In this document: positions 1 to 7,607 of the stretch, piece by piece | How the letters are laid out: the number at the start of each line of letters is the position of its first letter | How positions within the stretch are numbered: the first letter of the stretch is position 1 | The notes under the pieces: model-generated | What the model saw: the letters and a program-made list of their open reading frames with translations, nothing else | What the model was told of the DNA's origin: nothing | Database searches by the model: none | Translations under genes and position numbers: made by a program | IMG/VR virus record: IMGVR_UViG_3300020400_000008 | Coordinates: 1 to 53,642 of that record | Length of the DNA stretch: 53,642 nt | Direction: 5' to 3' (one strand) | Origin: a virus | Taxonomy: Duplodnaviria; Caudoviricetes

Positions 1-38
1 TGCTGCCTTGAGCGGATTACTATCAAGCACGAATATGT

Positions 39-350
39 TCATTCAATCACCCCTAATGATTTTCTCCACATCTCTCTCCATTCCTCGACAGGCTCTTTCT
101 CGTCAATCATTTCAAAAAGATAGTTGAGAAATTCCTTCTTGCCCCACGTCTTATTCTTTCCCGTGAGTCTTGACTCGTAGTGCTCAATATGATGCTCTTG
201 TTCCCGCGACAGGCTGTTGAAATGCTTGAGGACCTCTGATTTCCTACCGTTCTTCATGACGTCATGGAACGTGAAGAGCAACCACTTGTAGTGGTCCCTC
301 TCATTCTTGATGTGCTCTACAATCTCATATGGAGTTGCTATGTATCCCAT
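39..350 (-). CDS. hypothetical protein
   Basis: 103-aa ORF whose start overlaps the upstream stop; ends in GVIE, which carries the RBS for the next gene. Confidence 0.75.
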   Translation of the reverse strand: MGYIATPYEIVEHIKNERDHYKWLLFTFHDVMKNGRKSEVLKHFNSLSREQEHHIEHYESRLTGKNKTWGKKEFLNYLFEMIDEKEPVEEWREMWRKSLGVIE

Positions 351-691
351 TATTCCAACACCTTCCTGAGTCTGCCCAGCAGTACCTCCATCTTGTCGAT
401 GGTGTCCTGTATGACGAGCCGCTGCTTCCTCTCCTTGGCCAACGTGCGCTTGTGGCTCTGGAAGAACTCCAGCACTGATTTATAGTCATCTTGTTGGGTG
501 TTTCTACCCCGCCTCTTGAGCGTGTTGAACCGCTGCCCACATGAGCCCTCGGTCCTACCTAGCCTCTTTGCGATCCTCCGCCTCTGGACATGGTCTCCAC
601 GCTTTACCTCACCCCACAGTGACAGGAGTTGCTCGTCCTCTGCATTCGTCCATTTCTTGTTCTTTCTCTTTGCTTTGCTCATTCTTCTCAC
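350..691 (-). CDS. Myb/SANT-like helix-turn-helix DNA-binding protein (likely start ATG 682)
   Basis: WTNAEDEQLL...IAKRLGRTEGSCGQRFNTL matches the Myb repeat pattern; C-terminal coiled coil; first gene after motif copy 1. Confidence 0.7.
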   Translation of the reverse strand: MRRMSKAKRKNKKWTNAEDEQLLSLWGEVKRGDHVQRRRIAKRLGRTEGSCGQRFNTLKRRGRNTQQDDYKSVLEFFQSHKRTLAKERKQRLVIQDTIDKMEVLLGRLRKVLE

Positions 692-700
692 TCTTCCTTC

Positions 701-722
701 TTTGCTCCTTTAAGTATGAATT
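701..722 (-). promoter_or_regulatory. conserved early-arm motif, copy 1
   Basis: plus strand tttgctcctttaagtatgaatt; one of 7 near-identical copies, each upstream of a minus-strand gene block. Confidence 0.8.
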
Positions 723-1308
723 ACAACATGAACACGTCGTCTCCCGAGTATGGCGGCTCGATACCATCCAACTCCGAAACGTCCAAGCCCATCTGCTTGG
801 CCATGAGTTCAACCTGCTTCTCATGATCGTAGATGGGGACCTCTGACCTCTTCGCCAGTTCGATCGCCTTGTCCTGATCGATCATCCCCTGCTTGGTCAT
901 CTGCATGACGACCATCACAGCCTCGGTCGAGATGCCCTCGCCGTACACCATGCTCATCGGTCCCTTGACCGTGATCAACGGCTTGGCCCTGTCAGCGTTC
1001 ACCGCTATCTCCAGCCCCGCTAGGATGCTGGGGTGTACTCCTGTCTCAGAAGAAATGTCCTGAATGAGCATCTGCCAGCCCACGATGTCGAGCGGCTCCT
1101 CGTTGATCATCATCAGGCTCTGGTTTATCCAAGCCGCATGCTGTGACATGCTGTCCTGTACGATTGACTGGAGCGTGTCCAGCGTGTCCATGCGGGAGAG
1201 CATGTAGGTCCAAGTCCTGTCGGGTATCCTCATGCCGTCGACCTGCTTGGCGACGGTGCCGAGATACTCCAGTGCGTACTCGATGGTGCTGTCAATTACC
1301 TTGCTCAT
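721..1308 (-). CDS. hypothetical protein
   Basis: start moved to ATG 1308 (ATGA overlap with upstream stop); MSKVIDSTIEY... Confidence 0.7.
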   Translation of the reverse strand: MSKVIDSTIEYALEYLGTVAKQVDGMRIPDRTWTYMLSRMDTLDTLQSIVQDSMSQHAAWINQSLMMINEEPLDIVGWQMLIQDISSETGVHPSILAGLEIAVNADRAKPLITVKGPMSMVYGEGISTEAVMVVMQMTKQGMIDQDKAIELAKRSEVPIYDHEKQVELMAKQMGLDVSELDGIEPPYSGDDVFML

Positions 1309-1505
1309 TCTTCCTCGCCCCTGTAGTGCATGAAGTTCGACATGTAATTCTCGTTGACTCTGATCGTCCTGTCGTCCCACGCGAGCGTGTAGATGCTGAT
1401 GGTCTTCTTCCCATCGACCTTCATCCTCTCTTCGTCCACGATGACATACATCTCACCGGTGTACACGTTTGCCACGGTGTCTGTTATCATCCACTTTCGT
1501 ATCAT
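1305..1505 (-). CDS. hypothetical protein
   Basis: MIRKWMITDT...; start overlaps the upstream TAA. Confidence 0.6.
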   Translation of the reverse strand: MIRKWMITDTVANVYTGEMYVIVDEERMKVDGKKTISIYTLAWDDRTIRVNENYMSNFMHYRGEEE

Positions 1506-1681
1506 TACTCTTCCTCCTCTTCTATCTCTGCATTTTCCATGTCCCTCTCGGTTCCAAAGGCCTCGATGAACCACAGGTAGTACCCCACGTCCTGCAGTCG
1601 GTCCAGTGCCTCTCTCCCCTCGTAGGCCAGTGCCCCGGCCATCTTGCTAAGTTGGTGCATCAATTTCTCTTCTGTATTCAT
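1505..1681 (-). CDS. small acidic protein (58 aa, absent from ORF track)
   Basis: manual translation MNTEEKLMHQ...NAEIEEEEE; overlaps start/stop codons of both neighbours. Confidence 0.6.
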   Translation of the reverse strand: MNTEEKLMHQLSKMAGALAYEGREALDRLQDVGYYLWFIEAFGTERDMENAEIEEEEE

Positions 1682-1968
1682 TCCTCATTCACCTCATCAT
1701 TACTCTCAGGTAGTAGTACTGGTGCTTGGTCGGCACCAAATTGGTACGACCACTCCACGCCACAGTCCTTGCACCTGAGATTCAACTCGTGGACGTGGGT
1801 GAAGGTGCCGTCCCTCCCGGCCCACTCCCAGTCGTGCCAGTCTCGTGTGGAGCACTTCTCCATCGTCTTCAGTTGGTTGTACTCCTGCTCGAGGGTAGTC
1901 GCCTCGTTCGTCAGTTCGTACATCTTCATCTCCAGTTCCGCTATCTTCTCGTTCACGTTGTATGTCAT
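1678..1968 (-). CDS. coiled-coil plus putative zinc-binding protein
   Basis: MTYNVNEK... heptads followed by C...HDW...CKDC; ATGA overlap. Confidence 0.65.
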   Translation of the reverse strand: MTYNVNEKIAELEMKMYELTNEATTLEQEYNQLKTMEKCSTRDWHDWEWAGRDGTFTHVHELNLRCKDCGVEWSYQFGADQAPVLLPESNDEVNEE

Positions 1969-2597
1969 GCAACCACCTCGCCCTTGTGCTCCCTGCCCTC
2001 GGAGTATATCTTGTAGCACATCTCCCTCAAGCCCGCTGCCACTGCGAAGACGCTTGGCCAGTCATCAAAGCCGGGGACTTCGTTCCTGCAATATGTCTGG
2101 GGGTCATCGATCGAACCCCACATCTCCACTGTGATGGACTCGTGCACCCACTCGCCCTCCTTCACTCTCTCCAGATCGTCATACGCGTTGTCCATGTCAT
2201 ACTCAGCATAACTCATCTCGTCGTGGGCATCTTCCACATCGTCCTCATCTGCATCCTCGTCCTTGTCCAACTTCTTCCAGATGTCCTCCTTGTCACAATA
2301 GGTACTCAAGGCGGCATCGTACTTCTCCTCCGCCTCCTTCACCTTCTCCTCATCGACATGATTCCACTCGACGTCAAAGCACACCTCGCGGGGGAGTAAC
2401 TCGTGGTCCCCATACCAGACACCACCTGACAGATGGAACCCATCGACCTCATGCGACCAATCGAAGTCACCACTGTCAGGCGATCCCATCTTCACCTTCA
2501 TGTCACGAACAGTGAACCTGTGCTCCCATTCGCCATCTACCTTGTACGTTCTCAGTTCCTCGCTCCAGTGTCTTCCTTCGTATCTCTCTTCGCTCAT
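1965..2597 (-). CDS. highly acidic hypothetical protein
   Basis: 210 aa, rich in D/E (DKDEDADEDDVEDAHDE). Confidence 0.75.
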   Translation of the reverse strand: MSEERYEGRHWSEELRTYKVDGEWEHRFTVRDMKVKMGSPDSGDFDWSHEVDGFHLSGGVWYGDHELLPREVCFDVEWNHVDEEKVKEAEEKYDAALSTYCDKEDIWKKLDKDEDADEDDVEDAHDEMSYAEYDMDNAYDDLERVKEGEWVHESITVEMWGSIDDPQTYCRNEVPGFDDWPSVFAVAAGLREMCYKIYSEGREHKGEVVA

Positions 2598-2776
2598 TCT
2601 ATCACTTCTCCTGTATATTCATCAGTGTTGTATTCCTGCTCCCATACTGGGTCGCTTATGCTGTGCTCCTGCAGCCGCTCGAGCCTCATGGTGTTCATCT
2701 TCTGAAGGGTGTCGACGAGGCGTTGCAGCCTGCCGACCTCCTTCTTCGCCTTGGCGAAGGCTATGTGTACGCTCAT
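2594..2776 (-). CDS. small coiled-coil protein
   Basis: MSVHIAFAK...EVIE; ATGA overlaps on both sides. Confidence 0.6.
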   Translation of the reverse strand: MSVHIAFAKAKKEVGRLQRLVDTLQKMNTMRLERLQEHSISDPVWEQEYNTDEYTGEVIE

Positions 2777-3792
2777 TGCATCACCACGCTCATGGCCTTG
2801 TTCCATGCGACCTGCTTCTTCTTGGCGAGGGCGCCGAACAGAGCCGACTCCTGCCTCTTCTCGCTGACCTTGCCGTCAGCCAGTTTGGTGAAGTCGTAGT
2901 CGATGGCCTCGGTGATCGTGTTGTACGCCTGCCAGACCGTGCCGGTCATGAGACCGACGTTGTTGGTGTCGTTGTACAACCGCTCCACCACGTTGTCCAG
3001 TAGGTTGCGGCCACGTGTCTTGAGGTTGCCATCCTCGTCCTTCTCGATACCTAGGACGTCGATGAAGTAGGTCTCCATCTCGCCCATGGTCATCTGTGTG
3101 CTGAGCATGCCGTTCGCCATCTCGCCCCACTGCACGAAGTCGGTGTTGACCATGCCGAGTGCGTCCCTCGCTAGGTCGACCTTGTCCATCATGTTCCTCG
3201 TGTGGCGGATGTTGTATCCCTGCCCGCGCCCTTGGTTGAGGGCCCAAGTGAGTGTGTTCTGGCACACCACCCTGATTGGTGTCTGTAGTATCTTGACGGC
3301 ACCGCTGCCGTCGTGCGTGTTGCTGATGAGGATGAACTGGTCCACCACATCCTTGCCACCGATGAGGATGCTCTTTGGCATACGTGCCAGCAGCCACACC
3401 GTCGCACCGTTGCGGAGCGCACCGCACACCTCGATCTTCGCCTCGTCCGTCTGTGTCAGGTCGTCGACGAATGCGAAGGCATCATCGTTCTGTAGAGCAG
3501 TCCACACCCGTCCCACGCTCTTGCCACCACGGCTGAGTGGGATGAGTCCGCCTTCCTCGTCTCTCCTGAACACGCCGAAGGTGTCAGGCACACGTACTGG
3601 GTTGCCGTCCTCCTCGATCGCCCACAGTGGAAGTTTCTCCACCTTCCAGTCCAGATGCGCCATCTCCAGCGCCTCTGCTGAGGTCATCAGGCCCTTCGCC
3701 TGTTGACCCAATCCGTGCCACGGGGTGTTGCCCGTCCACGCTGTCATCATCTGTCCGCTTGTTGTTTGTGCAATTCCATGCATTTTTCTCAT
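2773..3792 (-). CDS. DUF932 / TIGR03299-like phage-plasmid protein
   Basis: TPWHGLG, LDWKVEK, GALRNG..VWLLA, NTHDGSG, TPIRVVCQNTL, IRHT and GTVWQAYN motifs. Confidence 0.85.
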   Translation of the reverse strand: MRKMHGIAQTTSGQMMTAWTGNTPWHGLGQQAKGLMTSAEALEMAHLDWKVEKLPLWAIEEDGNPVRVPDTFGVFRRDEEGGLIPLSRGGKSVGRVWTALQNDDAFAFVDDLTQTDEAKIEVCGALRNGATVWLLARMPKSILIGGKDVVDQFILISNTHDGSGAVKILQTPIRVVCQNTLTWALNQGRGQGYNIRHTRNMMDKVDLARDALGMVNTDFVQWGEMANGMLSTQMTMGEMETYFIDVLGIEKDEDGNLKTRGRNLLDNVVERLYNDTNNVGLMTGTVWQAYNTITEAIDYDFTKLADGKVSEKRQESALFGALAKKKQVAWNKAMSVVMQ

Positions 3793-3800
3793 TCCTCCTC

Positions 3801-3822
3801 TTTACTCCTTTAAGTATGAATT
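3801..3822 (-). promoter_or_regulatory. conserved early-arm motif, copy 2
   Basis: tttactcctttaagtatgaatt. Confidence 0.8.
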
Positions 3823-3837
3823 ACTTTCATCACCGTT

Positions 3838-4254
3838 TTATTTTGTAGGGAGCGGTGCTTCCCCCACTAGCATGCTCTGTTGTGCGAAGTCGAGCAGGCT
3901 CTTCGCCTGCGGGCTCTCCATGTCCAGACCCAAGGCCATCCCACTCGGGAGCAACTCACCGTAGTCGTTTGCATCCACGTCACCGTGTATGATGATCCAA
4001 GGATGCTCCTCCGCTTGGTACAAGTCCACGCACACGTAGTACTTGCTCGTGCTGGCTGCGCTCTGGTGCGTCGGCTCCTGCTTGACCAACCACTCGGTCA
4101 CCTCGTCGGGCGCACGTAGTTCCAGTGCCACCCCGTACTCCCTGTTGATGCTCACAGGACCGATCCCCTGTATGTGCAATCGCCCTGCTTTCATTCCGTT
4201 CGTTCTCACTTGTATTCTATTCAATCTTCTCATCTCCTTTGTTGACGTACTCAC
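3838..4254 (-). CDS. hypothetical protein
   Basis: 138-aa ORF in the same block as the phosphatase. Confidence 0.6.
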   Translation of the reverse strand: MSTSTKEMRRLNRIQVRTNGMKAGRLHIQGIGPVSINREYGVALELRAPDEVTEWLVKQEPTHQSAASTSKYYVCVDLYQAEEHPWIIIHGDVDANDYGELLPSGMALGLDMESPQAKSLLDFAQQSMLVGEAPLPTK

Positions 4255-5107
4255 TCACGTCGATCATCTCGTCTTGGCACTTGTCGCACCCCACGCCCTC
4301 CTGATTGGGCTCGTGGTGGAATCCCATGTTGTCGCATGAGAGGCACTCGTAGACGTGCTCGCCCTGATGTGAGATTGTCTTTGTGGGGGTGAAGTTGTTG
4401 GGCCACTCCCACCCTAGATTGAAGGGGACATAGTTGCCATACGCCGATCTGCTCACCGGCGGGAACAGGTCCTCGCCCAGTGGTATCTGACAGACGTCCG
4501 CGATGTACTGCTGCTGTGATGCTGCCTCGACCTCGTGCTCGCACATCCTCGACCTGATGAACCGGATCAACTGAGCCGAGTCGGTCCACGTGTGCTCCTC
4601 CTTCGGTATGAGGAGGTGGGCGAGGATGGCCAACTGCACACCCGTCCTGCCGTGGCCACCGACGCACTGGCAGGACACGGTCTTGATGTCCTGCGTCTTG
4701 ATGTCGTAAGCCAAGTCCAACCAGAACTCCCGCTTGAGAGTACGTGGTATGGAGTAGTCGGGCCAGTCGATCGGGATGATGACCGGCGGCTTGGGCGCGT
4801 ACTTGGATATGGCCCAGCCATCGGGGAACGAGAACACGTCCCGCTTCACCACGTCACTTGGGCCCAGCGCCAAGTCAGGCAGTGGGTCCATCCTGTACCA
4901 ACAGCCGTTGCGGCTGGAGCCACCACCGTAGACGTCGACGCCACCGGTGGAGAACACGAGTATGTTGCCAGTGTGACAATCTACCTTGCTCTTCCACACG
5001 CTCTTCACCTCATCCAGTTGCTTCTTCGCTTCCTTCGTTCTTTCCTTGAGATTCTTAGTATGTCGTATCTGCATCTTCTTCTTCTTTCTCTTGCCCATGT
5101 TCACCAC
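4217..5107 (-). CDS. Cys-dependent protein-tyrosine/dual-specificity phosphatase-fold protein with C-terminal zinc ribbon
   Basis: WPD loop (IDWPDYSIP), CX5R P-loop CVGGHGRTG, Q-loop-like VEAASQQQYI, CLSC...CDKC. Confidence 0.85.
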   Translation of the reverse strand: MVNMGKRKKKKMQIRHTKNLKERTKEAKKQLDEVKSVWKSKVDCHTGNILVFSTGGVDVYGGGSSRNGCWYRMDPLPDLALGPSDVVKRDVFSFPDGWAISKYAPKPPVIIPIDWPDYSIPRTLKREFWLDLAYDIKTQDIKTVSCQCVGGHGRTGVQLAILAHLLIPKEEHTWTDSAQLIRFIRSRMCEHEVEAASQQQYIADVCQIPLGEDLFPPVSRSAYGNYVPFNLGWEWPNNFTPTKTISHQGEHVYECLSCDNMGFHHEPNQEGVGCDKCQDEMIDVSEYVNKGDEKIE

Positions 5108-5118
5108 TCCTGTTCCAC

Positions 5119-7524
5119 CTAATCATCAGCGTCATCGAGGTGACCCTGCTCCTTCGCTAAATCGTGAGATTTGATCTTCAGTTTCTTCACCAGCCATGTG
5201 AATGACCCCAATACATGTCCCAATTTTTGTCTCTCGACATCGGTCATTGTCGATGAGTTGATCCGAGCAACGTACTTGTTGACCTTCTTGTCCAAGATGT
5301 GGCAACACCAATCGTAGATCGGCTTGGCGCTGTACTTGCCGTGCCAAGGATGCTTGCCCTTGTAGTACATACGGGCTATCTGGCCATCCTTGTTGATCTG
5401 ATCTTGTATTTCCAAGAACGAAGTACTGGGGGTTTGCTTTACCTCACCATCGAGGATGAACACAGCCATCTTCTCGGTGTCCACAGGGGTGGTATTGGGG
5501 TAATCGTCGTTCAAGTCGATGGTGGCATCTGCCGCAGTGGTGATCGTGCCCTTCACCTCGACCTCCTCTTGGAAATGCTGTTTGCACGACGAGCAGTGTG
5601 GCATGCCGCATGGGACGTACTCCGACTTCTTCGGGTACCTCATAGGATTGATACCAACGCTTGGGTGGACCATCACGTGTGAATCGACCACAGCCCTCAG
5701 TGAGGGCCAGATGAAGTTGGGTTGACTGTGGAACAGGTAGGAGGTTTCATTGGAGTTCAACTCCATCCCCTCGAATATTGGATGCTGCCTCTGGTGGCTG
5801 TGTTTGTTCTTCTTCAGCCACTTGTGCAACATGCCGTACTTCAAGTCGGCCTCGGACTTGTAGGTCGCTGTCACCAGTGGCTCATCCTCGATGATGTGCT
5901 TGGCGATGGCGTACACCTTGACCATGTCGTTCATGCGAGTGTCGGGGAACCCCGCTGTCGCATAGTCGAAGGCTGTCTTCTGTAGGAACTTGTTGAACAG
6001 GTGACCGGTGTTGTGGACGCAGTTCTCCAACGAGTTGATTGACGCCAGCACCTGCTCGTAGTCACCACCATCGAGGAAATCGGCGAGGGCACGTGCGGCA
6101 TCACGCCCATGCTTTGCACCATCGGCCCACTTAGGACCACCGTAAGACGATTCCCAGTTGGTCCTGAACTGCAACCTCATCCAATCAAGGAGGTTGGCCA
6201 CCTGCCTGAAGTCCTCGATGAATATCTTCTGGACACCAGCGTAGTAGTGTCTCCTGACCTTGGTGATCGTGTTTGGGTTGCAGGTGGTGGTGACCTCCTT
6301 CATGATGCCGTCACCGAGGACGGCATGTAGGAAGACCGGAATGTCAGGTGTGTGGGTCTTGTTATGATCCATAGAGTGCCTCATCTCACCCACTGATATG
6401 GCGAAAACCGCCTTGACGATCCAGCCAGCGAAGACTCCAGCGAGGTAGGCGACGACCTTGGGGTCGGACATGGGCATGCTCGCCCACTGGTGGAAGAACG
6501 TGGCGAGCCAGCCGAACTGCTTCTGCCAGTGTTGGTTGGCGTACTGCACACCAGCACGGAACTCACTCACGTACTGGGACGGGTCATATGGATTGGCGAT
6601 GAAAGTATTGTCGGGGTCATTGACGACCCAGCCACTAGCAGGCTCCACCCAAGAGTCACCGACCTCGACGTGACCGATCACGTACGGGATGTGGTGGGCT
6701 CGGCAGTGCGCACAGATGTGCGAGAGGAGTGAGCCGTTAGGTTCGCTGACAACGAAGCCGTCGGGGACGTTGTCCTTGGTGATGAACTCCTCGAGCCAAG
6801 CAACCTGCTCCAGACCAGTTGCCTCGAACACTTCACCGACTTCAACCCTGCCGTCCGGTATGATGCCATTGATGTCGACTCCCTCCGGTGGTGGTGCTAT
6901 ACGGACGTGGTTCTCAGCGCCCCTGATCTGTGTAAGGTACGTGCTGAAAGAATTCTCCTCCGCCTCAAGATGGTCACTCATCTTCCACTTACTCCATGAG
7001 ACGAACTCGATCTCGTGCATTTCAGGATCGAAGTTGAGTCCCTCCAAGTTGTAGAACAGTGATCGGTGACCCATCTTCAATGGCAGCGTGATGCTCAGGC
7101 CATGACCGGCGGTGGTGCCATCGTGACCCTGACCGATCACCGCGTACTTGCCCGGTGCCATGACCGCACTGTAGTCAGCGTCGATGAACGGCTGGAGTAT
7201 GAGGCAGCCCTCCGGGTCCAACTCGAGCATCGAGTTCCTGAGCCTCGCCCAGTCCATCAGGAAGTCGTCGGACCTGATCATCTTCGACTCGAGGACGCCA
7301 TGCCTCGGGGTCAGTGGGGCGGTACGCAGGAAAGCGAACTCCCTGTCGTTCCTCATGAACCACTCCCGTATGTGCTTGGGCTCGTCATCGAGCAGCAGCA
7401 CCATCGTGTGGCGTGGTACCTCGTAGGACCTGTTGAAATCTTCCTCGTAGCGCAGCAGGGCCGCTGCCTTCTGACTCCTGATCCTGTCTATCCTGTCTCT
7501 GTTATGTTGCCTCTCTATCATCAC
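5119..7524 (-). CDS. PPDK/PEP-synthase-like dikinase (ATP-grasp, phospho-His swivel domain, unknown C-terminal domain)
   Basis: LILQPFIDADYSAV, GQGHDGTTAG and EIEFV...YLTQIR resemble the PPDK N-terminal ATP-grasp; GSLLSHICAHCRAHHIPYVIG resembles the swivel motif GGxTSHAAIVARELGIP. Confidence 0.7.
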   Translation of the reverse strand: MMIERQHNRDRIDRIRSQKAAALLRYEEDFNRSYEVPRHTMVLLLDDEPKHIREWFMRNDREFAFLRTAPLTPRHGVLESKMIRSDDFLMDWARLRNSMLELDPEGCLILQPFIDADYSAVMAPGKYAVIGQGHDGTTAGHGLSITLPLKMGHRSLFYNLEGLNFDPEMHEIEFVSWSKWKMSDHLEAEENSFSTYLTQIRGAENHVRIAPPPEGVDINGIIPDGRVEVGEVFEATGLEQVAWLEEFITKDNVPDGFVVSEPNGSLLSHICAHCRAHHIPYVIGHVEVGDSWVEPASGWVVNDPDNTFIANPYDPSQYVSEFRAGVQYANQHWQKQFGWLATFFHQWASMPMSDPKVVAYLAGVFAGWIVKAVFAISVGEMRHSMDHNKTHTPDIPVFLHAVLGDGIMKEVTTTCNPNTITKVRRHYYAGVQKIFIEDFRQVANLLDWMRLQFRTNWESSYGGPKWADGAKHGRDAARALADFLDGGDYEQVLASINSLENCVHNTGHLFNKFLQKTAFDYATAGFPDTRMNDMVKVYAIAKHIIEDEPLVTATYKSEADLKYGMLHKWLKKNKHSHQRQHPIFEGMELNSNETSYLFHSQPNFIWPSLRAVVDSHVMVHPSVGINPMRYPKKSEYVPCGMPHCSSCKQHFQEEVEVKGTITTAADATIDLNDDYPNTTPVDTEKMAVFILDGEVKQTPSTSFLEIQDQINKDGQIARMYYKGKHPWHGKYSAKPIYDWCCHILDKKVNKYVARINSSTMTDVERQKLGHVLGSFTWLVKKLKIKSHDLAKEQGHLDDADD

Positions 7525-7533
7525 TATCTCTCC

Positions 7534-7555
7534 TTTGCTCCTTTAAGTATGAATT
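7534..7555 (-). promoter_or_regulatory. conserved early-arm motif, copy 3
   Basis: tttgctcctttaagtatgaatt. Confidence 0.8.
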
Positions 7556-7607
7556 GACTCTGTATTGCTCTCACTGCTATCACTCCGGCGACTATGACTC
7601 TTCTCCC

